From Erysipelotrichaceae bacterium (GTDB lineage Bacteria > Bacillota_I > Bacilli_A > RF39 > UBA660), in the NCBI GenBank assembly GCA_022772985.1, contig JALEZJ010000055.1, positions 1,166 to 65,165 on the forward strand: 64,000 nt of DNA, read 5' to 3'. Positions 26,640-36,027 of the stretch are shown in pieces (positions within the stretch are counted from its first letter, which is position 1; each line of letters opens with the position of its first letter). Made by a program: the position numbers and the translations under genes. The notes beneath the pieces are model-generated. The model saw nothing but the letters and a program-made list of their open reading frames with translations, made no database searches and had not been told where the DNA came from.

Positions 26640-28436
26640 TTATTTACTATTTTTTAAGTATTTTTTTAAAATTCTATCTAATTCATATTTATCAATTGGT
26701 TTTGATAAATAATCTTCAAAACCAATATTTAGATATTTTTCTTTCATTCCAGTAAATGCGTTTGCTGTTAATACTACTACTGGAATGTAATAGCCATCTA
26801 TTCTTTCAATCTTTTTAATAATATCTAATGTTTCTGTACCACTCATCTCTGGCATTAAGTCATCCATTAAAATTAAATCAAAATTTGTATCTTTATCTAA
26901 AATATCTAAACATTCTTTTCCACTATTCGCTTCTACTACCTCTACTTCATAGGGAGCTAGTAATTTTCTTACAACTTTTAAATTTAGTTTATTATCATCT
27001 ACAATTAAAATTCTTTTCTCTGGAGCAGAAAAAGGTTTCATTATCTTTTTCTTATCCACTTTTTCTTCATAATTTTCACTAATAATTTTTTGATCAATTG
27101 TTACAGTAAAAGTAGTCTCTTTTTCATAAACGCTATCTACATCAATTTTTCCATTCATTAATTCAGTTAAATGTTTAGCAATAGATAAGCCTAAATTGTT
27201 TTTTTCTTCTCTATCATTATACTCAAAAATTTGATTTAATTCTTCTTTTTTAAATCCTTTACTAGTATCTTTTATTACTATTTTTAATCGACATCTGGAA
27301 CTAGATTTTACACTTTCTATTTCTATGGAAATATTTCCTTTATCTGTATATTTGATAGAATTCATCATTATATTTAAGACAACTTGGCTAATTCTATCAC
27401 TATCACCTAATAATACTTTAGGAATATCCTTGGCAATTTTTACAGTAAAATCTATTTTTTTATCTTTCATTTTGGATTTACTAATTTCTATGATATTATC
27501 AATCATATCATAAACATTATAATTTTCTTCTATAATTTCTAAATTACCTGACTCTATAATAGATAAATCGATCATACCATTAATTACATTGATTAAATCT
27601 TTAGAAGCAATTCGAATATCTTTTATATCTCCTTTTATTTCTTCTATACTATTGCTATCTAATATTACTTGACTAAATCCATCAATGGTATTCAGAGGGG
27701 TTCTAATTTCATGAGAAAGATTCTTTAAAAAGGCACTTTTATTCATACTTTGTTTTAGAGCATAGTCTCTTTCTAATTTTAGAGTTTCCAATTCTTTTAC
27801 ATTGCTATTTTCTAAAGTCATATATAAATAAAGCACTACTAAAATAACCCCAGTATTTATCACCGGTAAATTTGGATAAATTGTTTGTAATTCTAGTAAT
27901 AGAGTTTCTATCATAAACATCACGAATAGATGAATCCATTTTTTGGTTGGAATCTTTTTTATACTTTTTAGTATCATTATAAAATCAATAAGTAAATATA
28001 CTCCAATAAAAATCATAAAAATATTATGTTCTTCATGAATTATCATTTCTTTGATTTGAATATTAGATATTAAAATGATTAGTGGTGTAAATAAATTGAT
28101 CGCAATAAAACTATTTCTTACCATTATTTTTTTTTGATTCAAGATTGTTTCGTTACTTGGATATTTTGCTTTTAAAAATTGAACTATATCATACATTGTA
28201 TAAAGTGAAAACCAGATAACTATACTAATTAAATAACACTTTCCAAACCATATGGGATTACTTTCCGTTTTAATTGCAATATAGGTGGATAGATATAGAA
28301 GTTGCATTATATAAGTGGTAAGTAAAATCATTTTAAAACTTCCTTCTCCGTGCACAAAATTTTCTTTCTTAGCATAATAAAAAGCAATTAATAAAACCAG
28401 AATAAGCAATCCTAATAGTTGAAATTGAAAAGCCAT
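26640..28436 (-). CDS. hybrid sensor histidine kinase (membrane sensor + HisKA + HATPase + receiver)
   Basis: 598 aa. About 6 N-terminal TMs, H-box LSHEIRTPLNTI, an ATPase region and a C-terminal receiver (ILIVDDNKLN...LILMDDLMPEMSG...K). Confidence 0.85.
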   Translation of the reverse strand: MAFQFQLLGLLILVLLIAFYYAKKENFVHGEGSFKMILLTTYIMQLLYLSTYIAIKTESNPIWFGKCYLISIVIWFSLYTMYDIVQFLKAKYPSNETILNQKKIMVRNSFIAINLFTPLIILISNIQIKEMIIHEEHNIFMIFIGVYLLIDFIMILKSIKKIPTKKWIHLFVMFMIETLLLELQTIYPNLPVINTGVILVVLYLYMTLENSNVKELETLKLERDYALKQSMNKSAFLKNLSHEIRTPLNTIDGFSQVILDSNSIEEIKGDIKDIRIASKDLINVINGMIDLSIIESGNLEIIEENYNVYDMIDNIIEISKSKMKDKKIDFTVKIAKDIPKVLLGDSDRISQVVLNIMMNSIKYTDKGNISIEIESVKSSSRCRLKIVIKDTSKGFKKEELNQIFEYNDREEKNNLGLSIAKHLTELMNGKIDVDSVYEKETTFTVTIDQKIISENYEEKVDKKKIMKPFSAPEKRILIVDDNKLNLKVVRKLLAPYEVEVVEANSGKECLDILDKDTNFDLILMDDLMPEMSGTETLDIIKKIERIDGYYIPVVVLTANAFTGMKEKYLNIGFEDYLSKPIDKYELDRILKKYLKNSK

Positions 28437-28532
28437 AACAACACCTCTCTACCTCTCTTTATTTTGATTTTATTATAACAAAAAAAATGAGAAAAGTATA
28501 TCTTTCTTCTCACTTTTGTTTAAAAAATATTT

Positions 28533-29330
28533 TTAGCTACTTTTTTTAAATAAACTACTTAAGACTTCTTTTTCTTTTTGATAATGATGATTTTGATAAA
28601 ATAAATGGGTTTTATTTTTATACATTTTTCTAATATTATTTACAATTTTTATTTTAGGGTATTGAATGGAATATAAATATCTTTCTAATAGAAATTTATG
28701 ATATAAATATTTTCGTTTTCTATAAAACTGGTATAAATAAGTAAATAATAAAACAAATATCATTAAATTGGAATAATTGTATTGATAAATATTTAATAGA
28801 GCTAAGAATAGAATTAGTAAAATAGAAATGATTATTGTAACCATATTGGCTAAATTATAATATAAGTATTTTGATAAAAGGAGATTTAAAATTTTTGCTC
28901 CATCTAATGGATAGATCGGTAATAAATTAAAAAAAATCATTTGATTATTATATAAAGTATATAGATTCATTGTATAATTGCGAATCAAACCTTGGTGATT
29001 GCAAAGTACAATTATTAAATAAAAAGCATATTGAAAAATTACTCCTGCAGTTGCAATTAATAATTCTTCCTGAATATCTCTATTTAGCATATCTTCTATT
29101 TTTGTCATACCACCATAAGGATAAATCACTATTTTGCTAACATGAAAGTGATTTAGTTTTGCTATTAGATAATGTCCCATTTCATGTATTAAAATTAAAG
29201 TTGTAAAAACAATTAAGTTTAGGTAATATCCTGTTAAAATAAAACCTAAAGCCATTAGTAAGTAGGAACTATGAAATTCTATTTTTAGTTTTTGATGGCT
29301 AAATTTCCCTTCTCGCATCGATTTCCCCAT
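28533..29330 (-). CDS. M50 site-2 metalloprotease, SpoIVFB-like
   Basis: HEMGH within a TM helix and NLLPIYPLDG motif. The N-terminus KIEFHSSYLLMALGFILTGYY...LILIHEMGHY parallels B. subtilis SpoIVFB. The start is uncertain (29330 or 29318); either overlaps the upstream gene. Confidence 0.8.
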   Translation of the reverse strand: MGKSMREGKFSHQKLKIEFHSSYLLMALGFILTGYYLNLIVFTTLILIHEMGHYLIAKLNHFHVSKIVIYPYGGMTKIEDMLNRDIQEELLIATAGVIFQYAFYLIIVLCNHQGLIRNYTMNLYTLYNNQMIFFNLLPIYPLDGAKILNLLLSKYLYYNLANMVTIIISILLILFLALLNIYQYNYSNLMIFVLLFTYLYQFYRKRKYLYHKFLLERYLYSIQYPKIKIVNNIRKMYKNKTHLFYQNHHYQKEKEVLSSLFKKSS

Positions 29331-30241
29331 GAATCTATCATTTTATCATTTTTGACAACGCAAATAATTTCACATTGATTTGCACAGCCGTGGCAATTTA
29401 CGCCTTTGGTTTCAAAACGAATATCTTCAATATCAAATGAAAATTCTTGTTCTTGTTTGCTCTTTTTGGCTAAAATAGCAACTCCTAATGCTCCCATTAG
29501 ATGAGAATTTTCATCCACATAAATATTTTCTCCTGTTAATTCTTCAAAAGCTTTTACTACTCCAATATTTTTGCTAACTCCTCCTTGAAATACAATGGGA
29601 CCTATAATTTTTTTTCCTTTCCCAACATTGTTTAAATAATTTGTAACTACACTTTTGCATAGTCCTGCAATAATATCTTCTTTTTTGTGTCCCATCTGTG
29701 CCTTATGAACTAAGTCAGATTCTGCAAATACTGTACATCTAGCTGCAATGGTTGTGGGTTTTTTGCTCGTCATTGCGATTTTTCCAAATTCTTCTACATC
29801 TACTCCTAATCTTTTGGCTTGAGAAGACAAAAATGATCCGGTTCCTGCAGCACACAAAGTGTTCATAGCATAGTCAGTTACAATGCCATGGTTTAAAATA
29901 ATGATTTTAGAATCTTGACCTCCAATTTCAAAGATTGTTCTCACCTCTGGATAAATTGATGTTGTTCCTACTGCATGTGCTGTGATTTCATTTTTTATTA
30001 CACTAGCACCTAAGATAGTACCAATTAATTTTCTGGCTGATCCTGTTGTTCCTACTGAAACTACTCGATATTCTTTGGCATTAAATTTTTTCTTTAAAAT
30101 ACTTATTAATCTTTTTACTGCCTCAATTGGGTTTCCTTCTGTATAAAGGTATTCACTTGCTAGTATTTGATTATTTTTATCTATAATTACACCCTTTGTT
30201 GAAATGGATCCAATATCAATTCCTAAATATGCTTTTTTCAT
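29285..30241 (-). CDS. BadF/BadG/BcrA/BcrD-type ATPase (acyl-CoA dehydratase activase-like)
   Basis: 318 aa. ASKHA N-terminus YLGIDIGSISTKGVII and C-terminal Cys cluster CHGCANQCEIIC. Confidence 0.75.
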   Translation of the reverse strand: MKKAYLGIDIGSISTKGVIIDKNNQILASEYLYTEGNPIEAVKRLISILKKKFNAKEYRVVSVGTTGSARKLIGTILGASVIKNEITAHAVGTTSIYPEVRTIFEIGGQDSKIIILNHGIVTDYAMNTLCAAGTGSFLSSQAKRLGVDVEEFGKIAMTSKKPTTIAARCTVFAESDLVHKAQMGHKKEDIIAGLCKSVVTNYLNNVGKGKKIIGPIVFQGGVSKNIGVVKAFEELTGENIYVDENSHLMGALGVAILAKKSKQEQEFSFDIEDIRFETKGVNCHGCANQCEIICVVKNDKMIDSWGNRCEKGNLAIKN

Positions 30242-30335
30242 AAAATATTACCTCCTCTTATAAATGATATGTATGTTTTACTAAAAAAATATACTAAAAA
30301 TAAAAAAAATCAATCCTAATTAATTGACTTTTTTC

Positions 30336-31295
30336 TTACTTTTTTCTTGGAATATAGCGAAGAGTTTTTGGAATACTTTTTTTGATTTCTTTTTCTAAAT
30401 TAATATTTTCTTTAAATAATTCATAAAAAATATAGTGATAATCCTCATTTGTTAGTTTTATCTTTTGAATATTCTTTTTATAAATAGAAATACTTATCAG
30501 TATTTTAGCAATGAAATCATCCCATTTATGAACTTTAAAACTTAATGTATCTTGGATTCCTTTGTAATTATTAATTTTTTGATAAAAATATTCATCAAAA
30601 ATATTGATACAAGATATACTTTTTAAGATGGAATAGTTGTCGTTTAAATAGTCATAATATTGAATTCCACCTTCTAAATAATTTTTAGAACATCCAGGAC
30701 ATTGGCATTTGATATTTAATGTATCTTGAATAGTACCATTTTTTGGGCTAAGTGCTATTAAATTTGTAGAATACTTTTCTTGAATTTCAAGAAGATTTTC
30801 TTGTTCTAAAAATAAATTTTTATATTCTTGATAAATTTCTAGTGTTTCTTCATTTCCAATTAGAAAGTATAATTTTGGTATTAATTCTTCAAAATTACCT
30901 TCTAAAAGAGTGTAAGCTTTTTTTTCTAACTCACCAAATGTTAATACTTGATACTCTTGTTGCCTTTGAATTGAATATAGAATTCTGATTATGTTTGCTA
31001 ATTCTTTTATATCAAATTTTCCATATTCTTCTAATGGATGAGGAGCATTCCACGTTTTTGCAGAATAATATGTTATCATCTCGTCTAAATTTGGGAATTT
31101 ATCATATAGTATTATTTTTTTACTATTTTTAGATATGAAGAAATTCGTATAAGGTTCTATTGAATGAAGAACTTCTTGTTTTAACACTATATCTTTATGT
31201 TTTATTGTTTCTTCTGTTTGTTTTCTTGACTTTTTGATTTCTGTTTCACTTTTAAAAAATTCTTTCTTGATTTGATTGTTTTGTCTTTTTCCCAT
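30336..31295 (-). CDS. hypothetical protein, member 1 of a three-paralogue family (unknown function)
   Basis: 319 aa with a K/E-rich helical N-terminus. Shared blocks: HPLEEYGKFDIKELANIIRILYS, EYQVLTFG, GIQDTLSFKVH..DDFIAKILISISIYKKN. C-terminal tail IPKTLRYI. Confidence 0.5.
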   Translation of the reverse strand: MGKRQNNQIKKEFFKSETEIKKSRKQTEETIKHKDIVLKQEVLHSIEPYTNFFISKNSKKIILYDKFPNLDEMITYYSAKTWNAPHPLEEYGKFDIKELANIIRILYSIQRQQEYQVLTFGELEKKAYTLLEGNFEELIPKLYFLIGNEETLEIYQEYKNLFLEQENLLEIQEKYSTNLIALSPKNGTIQDTLNIKCQCPGCSKNYLEGGIQYYDYLNDNYSILKSISCINIFDEYFYQKINNYKGIQDTLSFKVHKWDDFIAKILISISIYKKNIQKIKLTNEDYHYIFYELFKENINLEKEIKKSIPKTLRYIPRKK

Positions 31296-31321
31296 AAAAA
31301 CCCCTACCTACTTAAAATTTT

Positions 31322-32236
31322 TTATTTTACATATTTTAATGTCTTAGGAATATTTTTTTCTACTCCTTTTGCAACATCAACAGAATATTCTCTAAATATT
31401 TTTTGAAAAATGTATCGATAATCATCATTAGTTAAATCATGAACTTTTCTATTTTTCTTATAAATAGCAATTCCAATCAAAATTTCTGCTAAAAAAGTAT
31501 CATCCTTATGAATTGGAAAACTAATGGTGTCATTCATACCTTCATAATTTGCAAATTTCTGATAAACTCTTTTATCAAATATATTAATTTGATCACTATA
31601 TTGAACACTACACTGTATTTCTTCATCCTCTATCCAATCACAGTAATTAATTCCTGGATCATTTCTTAAGAATTTTGGACAATTACATTGGATTTTCAAG
31701 GTATCATCAAGTGCATACTTAGGAAATAGGCTAATCTGGTTTGCTTTCTTTACATATTCTATTGGAACATAATCATCTGCTATAAAACAATTTTGATACA
31801 ATTGATATGGTTTTAATTGTTCTTGTTCCCCGACTGTAAATTGTAGAGATGGTTTTCTTGTTACCAACTGTTCTTTTATTTTTTCTTTCTTTAAATAGCC
31901 AACAGTCAATATCTGATATTCTTTTTGATTTTGTAGAGAATAAATCAGACGAATAATTTCTATTAATTCTTTAATATTAAAATAACCATACTCCCAAATT
32001 GGGTGAAAAGAGTTATCTGAATAAGGACTACTATAATAAGCTTTCAGAACTTCTAAATCAGGAAAATTTTCTACAAAAACAAAATCTTTTTTTTGAAAAG
32101 AAGCAAAATAGTTTGGATAAAGGGTCTTTTTTTCCATCTCTTTATTTTTAATAGCAATGTCATATTCTCTCATCATACTTATTTTTTCTTTTTGTAATTT
32201 TTTTATTTCTAAATTTATTTTTTCTATCTTTGTCAT
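31322..32236 (-). CDS. hypothetical protein, member 2 of the three-paralogue family
   Basis: Likely start at 32236 (MTKIEK...), 5 nt after AAGGAGAG. Same blocks as member 1 (HPIWEYGYFNIKELIEIIRLIYS; NDTISFPIH; IAIYKKN). Tail IPKTLKYV. Confidence 0.5.
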   Translation of the reverse strand: MTKIEKINLEIKKLQKEKISMMREYDIAIKNKEMEKKTLYPNYFASFQKKDFVFVENFPDLEVLKAYYSSPYSDNSFHPIWEYGYFNIKELIEIIRLIYSLQNQKEYQILTVGYLKKEKIKEQLVTRKPSLQFTVGEQEQLKPYQLYQNCFIADDYVPIEYVKKANQISLFPKYALDDTLKIQCNCPKFLRNDPGINYCDWIEDEEIQCSVQYSDQINIFDKRVYQKFANYEGMNDTISFPIHKDDTFLAEILIGIAIYKKNRKVHDLTNDDYRYIFQKIFREYSVDVAKGVEKNIPKTLKYVK

Positions 32237-32247
32237 GTTTCTCTCCT

Positions 32248-33210
32248 TCATTCATTATTTTTTTTGATATATCGTAATGTCTTTGGAATATCTTTTTTAA
32301 CCATTTTCTGGATACTTTCAATATTATCTTCATTAAATAATATCTTAAATATTTCCTGATAATGTTCATCCGTTAAATCTTTGACATCCTGATTTTGTTG
32401 ATAGATAAGACCATTATTTTTCTTATAAATCGCTATACTAAGTAACATTTCTGCAAGAAACTTATCCTCTATATGAACTTTAAAACTTAATGTGTCCTGT
32501 ATTCCTTCATAACTAGAAAAGTTTGTCAAACAATTATTAAAAATATTGAAGCATTCCGAATAAAATGAACAACAAGGAATTTGTAACCAATCATGGTAAT
32601 AATGAATTCCTTCTTTTTTATTATCAGTTACTCTATCTATATTACAGCAAATTCCTAAAGTATTTTCCTCATAACTTTCTCTTGCTTGAAGAGCAATTAA
32701 GTTCGGTATTTTTTTAGATTGTATTATCGCTAAATTTTTTTCAAGATCTCCTTGAAAAGTTCCATTTAGAAAATAGTAATCTGCTAAGCTTTTTTCGTTG
32801 CCAATTAATAAAAACAGTGCTGGATAATTAGGCTTAATATGACTCTCTGGAGTCATGGTACCAAAGGTAATAATTTTATACTCTTCTTGTTTCTGATAAG
32901 AAAATAATAATTTAATTACTTCTGCTAATTCTTTTATTGAAAAATCGCCATAAGAAGCAAGTGGATGAGCAAAGTCACCACTTTCTTCATAAATTTGCAC
33001 TTCTTTCTTTGTTGGAAAATCATGAATGAATTCAAAATTTTTATTGTTCTTTTTCTTAAAAAAATTTGGATAACAGTTCATCATATCCTCTCGATATTTT
33101 CTTATTTTAATATCTCGATAATGAAGTTCATTTTCCATTACCCTTATTAATTCTTCCTTTTCTTTTGTTAATCTAGATATTTCTTCCTCTAAGATAGCAA
33201 AATTAGACAT
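32248..33210 (-). CDS. hypothetical protein, member 3 of the three-paralogue family
   Basis: Likely start at 33210 (MSNFAILEEE...), preceded by GAAGG. Same blocks as member 1 (HPLASYGDFSIKELAEVIKLLFS; GIQDTLSFKVH; IAIYKKN). Tail IPKTLRYI. TGA stop lies 11 nt before the member 2 start. Confidence 0.5.
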   Translation of the reverse strand: MSNFAILEEEISRLTKEKEELIRVMENELHYRDIKIRKYREDMMNCYPNFFKKKNNKNFEFIHDFPTKKEVQIYEESGDFAHPLASYGDFSIKELAEVIKLLFSYQKQEEYKIITFGTMTPESHIKPNYPALFLLIGNEKSLADYYFLNGTFQGDLEKNLAIIQSKKIPNLIALQARESYEENTLGICCNIDRVTDNKKEGIHYYHDWLQIPCCSFYSECFNIFNNCLTNFSSYEGIQDTLSFKVHIEDKFLAEMLLSIAIYKKNNGLIYQQNQDVKDLTDEHYQEIFKILFNEDNIESIQKMVKKDIPKTLRYIKKNNE

Positions 33211-33380
33211 TTTATACCTTCTTTCTAATTTAATCATATCATAGATTTCTTATCTCATCATAATAATTAATTAGCAATTAATATAAAGTTTTCTCTATTT
33301 TTAAATACAAAACTTATCTTTGAATCACTAATTATCAAATTGAACTATCTAAAAAGTAAGTAACATATCATCTATATTAC

Positions 33381-35861
33381 TTACTTAGTTTTGTGATGCT
33401 CTCTAAGATCATATTTATCCATATTTTTTAAAATATCTTGTACTAAATAGCTATATTTTTGAAATTCTTCCATTGCTCTTTTATCATAAGGAAGACAATA
33501 TTTAACAATTTCTTGCTTTTTATTAATTCCAATAAACCAATCTTTAGAACCAACAATATAAATAAAATCCTCTACTTCTAATTTATTATAATATAAATAA
33601 TGCTTATTTTTTTCTTGTTCTGAATGACTAATATACTCTATACTAGAATAAGCAATATTATTTAAAATTAGTTCGATTCTTTCTTTATCATATTCATGAG
33701 TTGGAGAAAAAATATAAGGATTTGGTCTACTTTGATAAAAGATATCTTTATTATCATAATATTGAATCTTTGTATCCATATTTTTTTTATATAAGATATA
33801 ATTTGATACATCACTTTTATTATAATCACAATATACATCTGTATTTAAGGGAATGAATCTCTCAAAATTTATTTTTTCGTAATTTAGGTTCTTCATATAT
33901 GTCTCATGATGAATATCAGTGATTGTAACAATTTCTATCTGATTTCTATTATCTTGGATTATTCTTTTAGCGATTTTTTCAATAATACTCATTATTTTTC
34001 GATATAAAGCGTCATCTTCTATTCTGGGATCAATACTATTTATATTTAACATATTGCCATTAATACTACCTGGAAGTACATATTTTATATTAGCATACTC
34101 TATATAAAGTACTAGACCTCTAGGGTTAGTTAAGCAAAATCGAAAAAAATCTTCTCCTTTTCCACCTACTTTGAAACAAGAACCAGTGTCAATTCCACTA
34201 ACTAGCAAATCTTCCTCATCTGGATTTGCTACTCTATATTTCGCTTCGTCAACTATTCCACCATAAAAGTCTATGGCACAACTATTTTTTTTCTTTCTTT
34301 CTTTATGTATTTTCATGGCTCGTTTTAAAATAACTTCAGGTAGTTCTGTACAATATTTTCTAGATTTTAATAACTTAGATAATGTTGATAATGTAATATC
34401 CAATTCATCTGGTTTTAAATGATACAAAAATACTTTAGAAATATCAATAACATCTAAAATAGAATAAAGACTTAATTCATTATCCTTGGCAATCAGGGTA
34501 TTTATCTTATCAAAATGATTCATGATTTGATATAACTCATCATTTAAACCTAATGCCTGTTTATTTAGTACCATTCTGAGTAAACAATCATTATCTTTTT
34601 TCGAGTTTCCTAGTAAAAATTTTATAAATATAGCATTTTCTTTTAATTTTCCATCCTTTGTAAGTTGATAATCTAAATCAATATCACTTACCAAATTATA
34701 AATATCTTTCATTGTAATAGGCGTTTTTCTAGCAATACTTTCATAATATTTTTTATATTTCATAGTGTCTATTTGATGATAATAATTTTCTCTCTTCTCA
34801 ATTTCTTCTAATATAATTTTTTTCACAATTTCCTTTCGCTTTTCTTTAGTTACTCCGACTAATCGTTTTTCTAAGGTATTCCAAAAAGAAAAAATATATT
34901 CTTCATCATTATTGGCACAAAATTCTTTAAAATAGTCTAACTTTCTATTCATAAATGCTTCTAAAAAAACATGCTCAATTCCATAATAATAATACTTATT
35001 TTGATTTTTTAAGCGGTATTCTCTTCTTGTATCTTTAAATAGTTCTTCACTTGCTCTCTTAATAGAAGAAGGTGTAGAATAAGTAAAGAAATCATTTAGA
35101 ATCTTCTTACTATTATCTAATCCAAAAGCCATATATAACTTCATTATGCCAATAAATAACTGATTGTTAGAAACATCATTTTTAGTTTTGCATAATTCTA
35201 ATAACGATAAAATATGTCTACGATTTACATGTTCTATAAAATCATATGGAATTTTTTTCTCATCGATATATAGATAACCCTTCTCTACTTTAGAAACCCT
35301 TACTAATATCTGAAACTTTGCATAAATTAATAATTCCACTTCATTTTTTATATGAAATAAAGCGATATTTTTAAATTGATTCGAATTAATAGCATTTTCA
35401 ACAGTTCCTATTACATATGAACTACAAGAATACTTATTTAGAATATATTCTTGGATATTCATTTGATATACTTGATTAAGATTATCATTCAAAAGTAATT
35501 TAGATAACTCTTCTTCATTTAACTTTCTTAAGTGATGGGTTAAAACTTTTTTTCCTGAATTAGAAACTAATAAGTTTCTATGATTATAAATATAATTTTT
35601 AATTTCATCGTCACTTAAATCAAGAATAGATTTGTTCATCTTATTAACGGGGATACTCATTACTTTGTTAAATAGATCCATATCATCTAAAATCATCTTT
35701 TTACATTCATGATTTACATTTAAGAATAATAAATTAAATTTTGTTATATCCATTTCTAATAGTGATTCTTTTTCTTTTAATAAAGATTTAAATGTAGTAA
35801 CGTCCATTTTTTGAAAATGGCGAATTAATTGTAGTGGATTCATTTTATTTATTTCATTCAT
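33381..35861 (-). CDS. large hypothetical cytoplasmic protein (826 aa), first gene of the four-gene cassette
   Basis: Long uninterrupted ORF with no signal peptide, TM or nucleotide-binding motif seen. Helical N-terminal two-thirds and a mixed C-terminal third. No family recognised. Confidence 0.5.
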   Translation of the reverse strand: MNEINKMNPLQLIRHFQKMDVTTFKSLLKEKESLLEMDITKFNLLFLNVNHECKKMILDDMDLFNKVMSIPVNKMNKSILDLSDDEIKNYIYNHRNLLVSNSGKKVLTHHLRKLNEEELSKLLLNDNLNQVYQMNIQEYILNKYSCSSYVIGTVENAINSNQFKNIALFHIKNEVELLIYAKFQILVRVSKVEKGYLYIDEKKIPYDFIEHVNRRHILSLLELCKTKNDVSNNQLFIGIMKLYMAFGLDNSKKILNDFFTYSTPSSIKRASEELFKDTRREYRLKNQNKYYYYGIEHVFLEAFMNRKLDYFKEFCANNDEEYIFSFWNTLEKRLVGVTKEKRKEIVKKIILEEIEKRENYYHQIDTMKYKKYYESIARKTPITMKDIYNLVSDIDLDYQLTKDGKLKENAIFIKFLLGNSKKDNDCLLRMVLNKQALGLNDELYQIMNHFDKINTLIAKDNELSLYSILDVIDISKVFLYHLKPDELDITLSTLSKLLKSRKYCTELPEVILKRAMKIHKERKKKNSCAIDFYGGIVDEAKYRVANPDEEDLLVSGIDTGSCFKVGGKGEDFFRFCLTNPRGLVLYIEYANIKYVLPGSINGNMLNINSIDPRIEDDALYRKIMSIIEKIAKRIIQDNRNQIEIVTITDIHHETYMKNLNYEKINFERFIPLNTDVYCDYNKSDVSNYILYKKNMDTKIQYYDNKDIFYQSRPNPYIFSPTHEYDKERIELILNNIAYSSIEYISHSEQEKNKHYLYYNKLEVEDFIYIVGSKDWFIGINKKQEIVKYCLPYDKRAMEEFQKYSYLVQDILKNMDKYDLREHHKTK

Positions 35862-35889
35862 AACATCACCAATAAACTTTCTTTTTCTA

Positions 35890-35918
35890 ATTATATACTG
35901 TATTTTTTTCTTTGTCTA
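35890..35918 (-). promoter_or_regulatory. putative sigma-A promoter of the four-gene cassette
   Basis: Minus strand TAGACA, 17-nt spacer, TATAAT, about 28 nt upstream of the ATG at 35861. Confidence 0.45.
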
Positions 35919-35998
35919 GAAAAAGAAAAAGAACATTTTCTAATAAAAAACTAATTACAGAACTATAAATTCATATAAAGAGAAACATAAATTTTTCT

Positions 35999-36027
35999 AA
36001 AAAAAACAAATGCTCTGAATAGCACTT
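35999..36027 (-). terminator. putative terminator after murC
   Basis: Minus strand AAGTGCTattcagAGCATTTGTTTTTTTT, overlapping the murC stop codon. Confidence 0.45.

Noticed and set aside
32160-32369. 69-aa ORF across the junction of paralogues 2 and 3
   Set aside because: It is an alternative frame of two supported genes. Its ATG belongs to the ATGAATGAAGGAG region that serves as the stop of paralogue 3 and the RBS of paralogue 2.
34162-34196. GIDTGSCFKVGG in the 826-aa protein (with a downstream DIHH), considered as a papain/OTU-like Cys-His catalytic signature
   Set aside because: The match is a 4-5 residue resemblance with no supporting flanking motifs. It is too weak to call without a profile or structure comparison.
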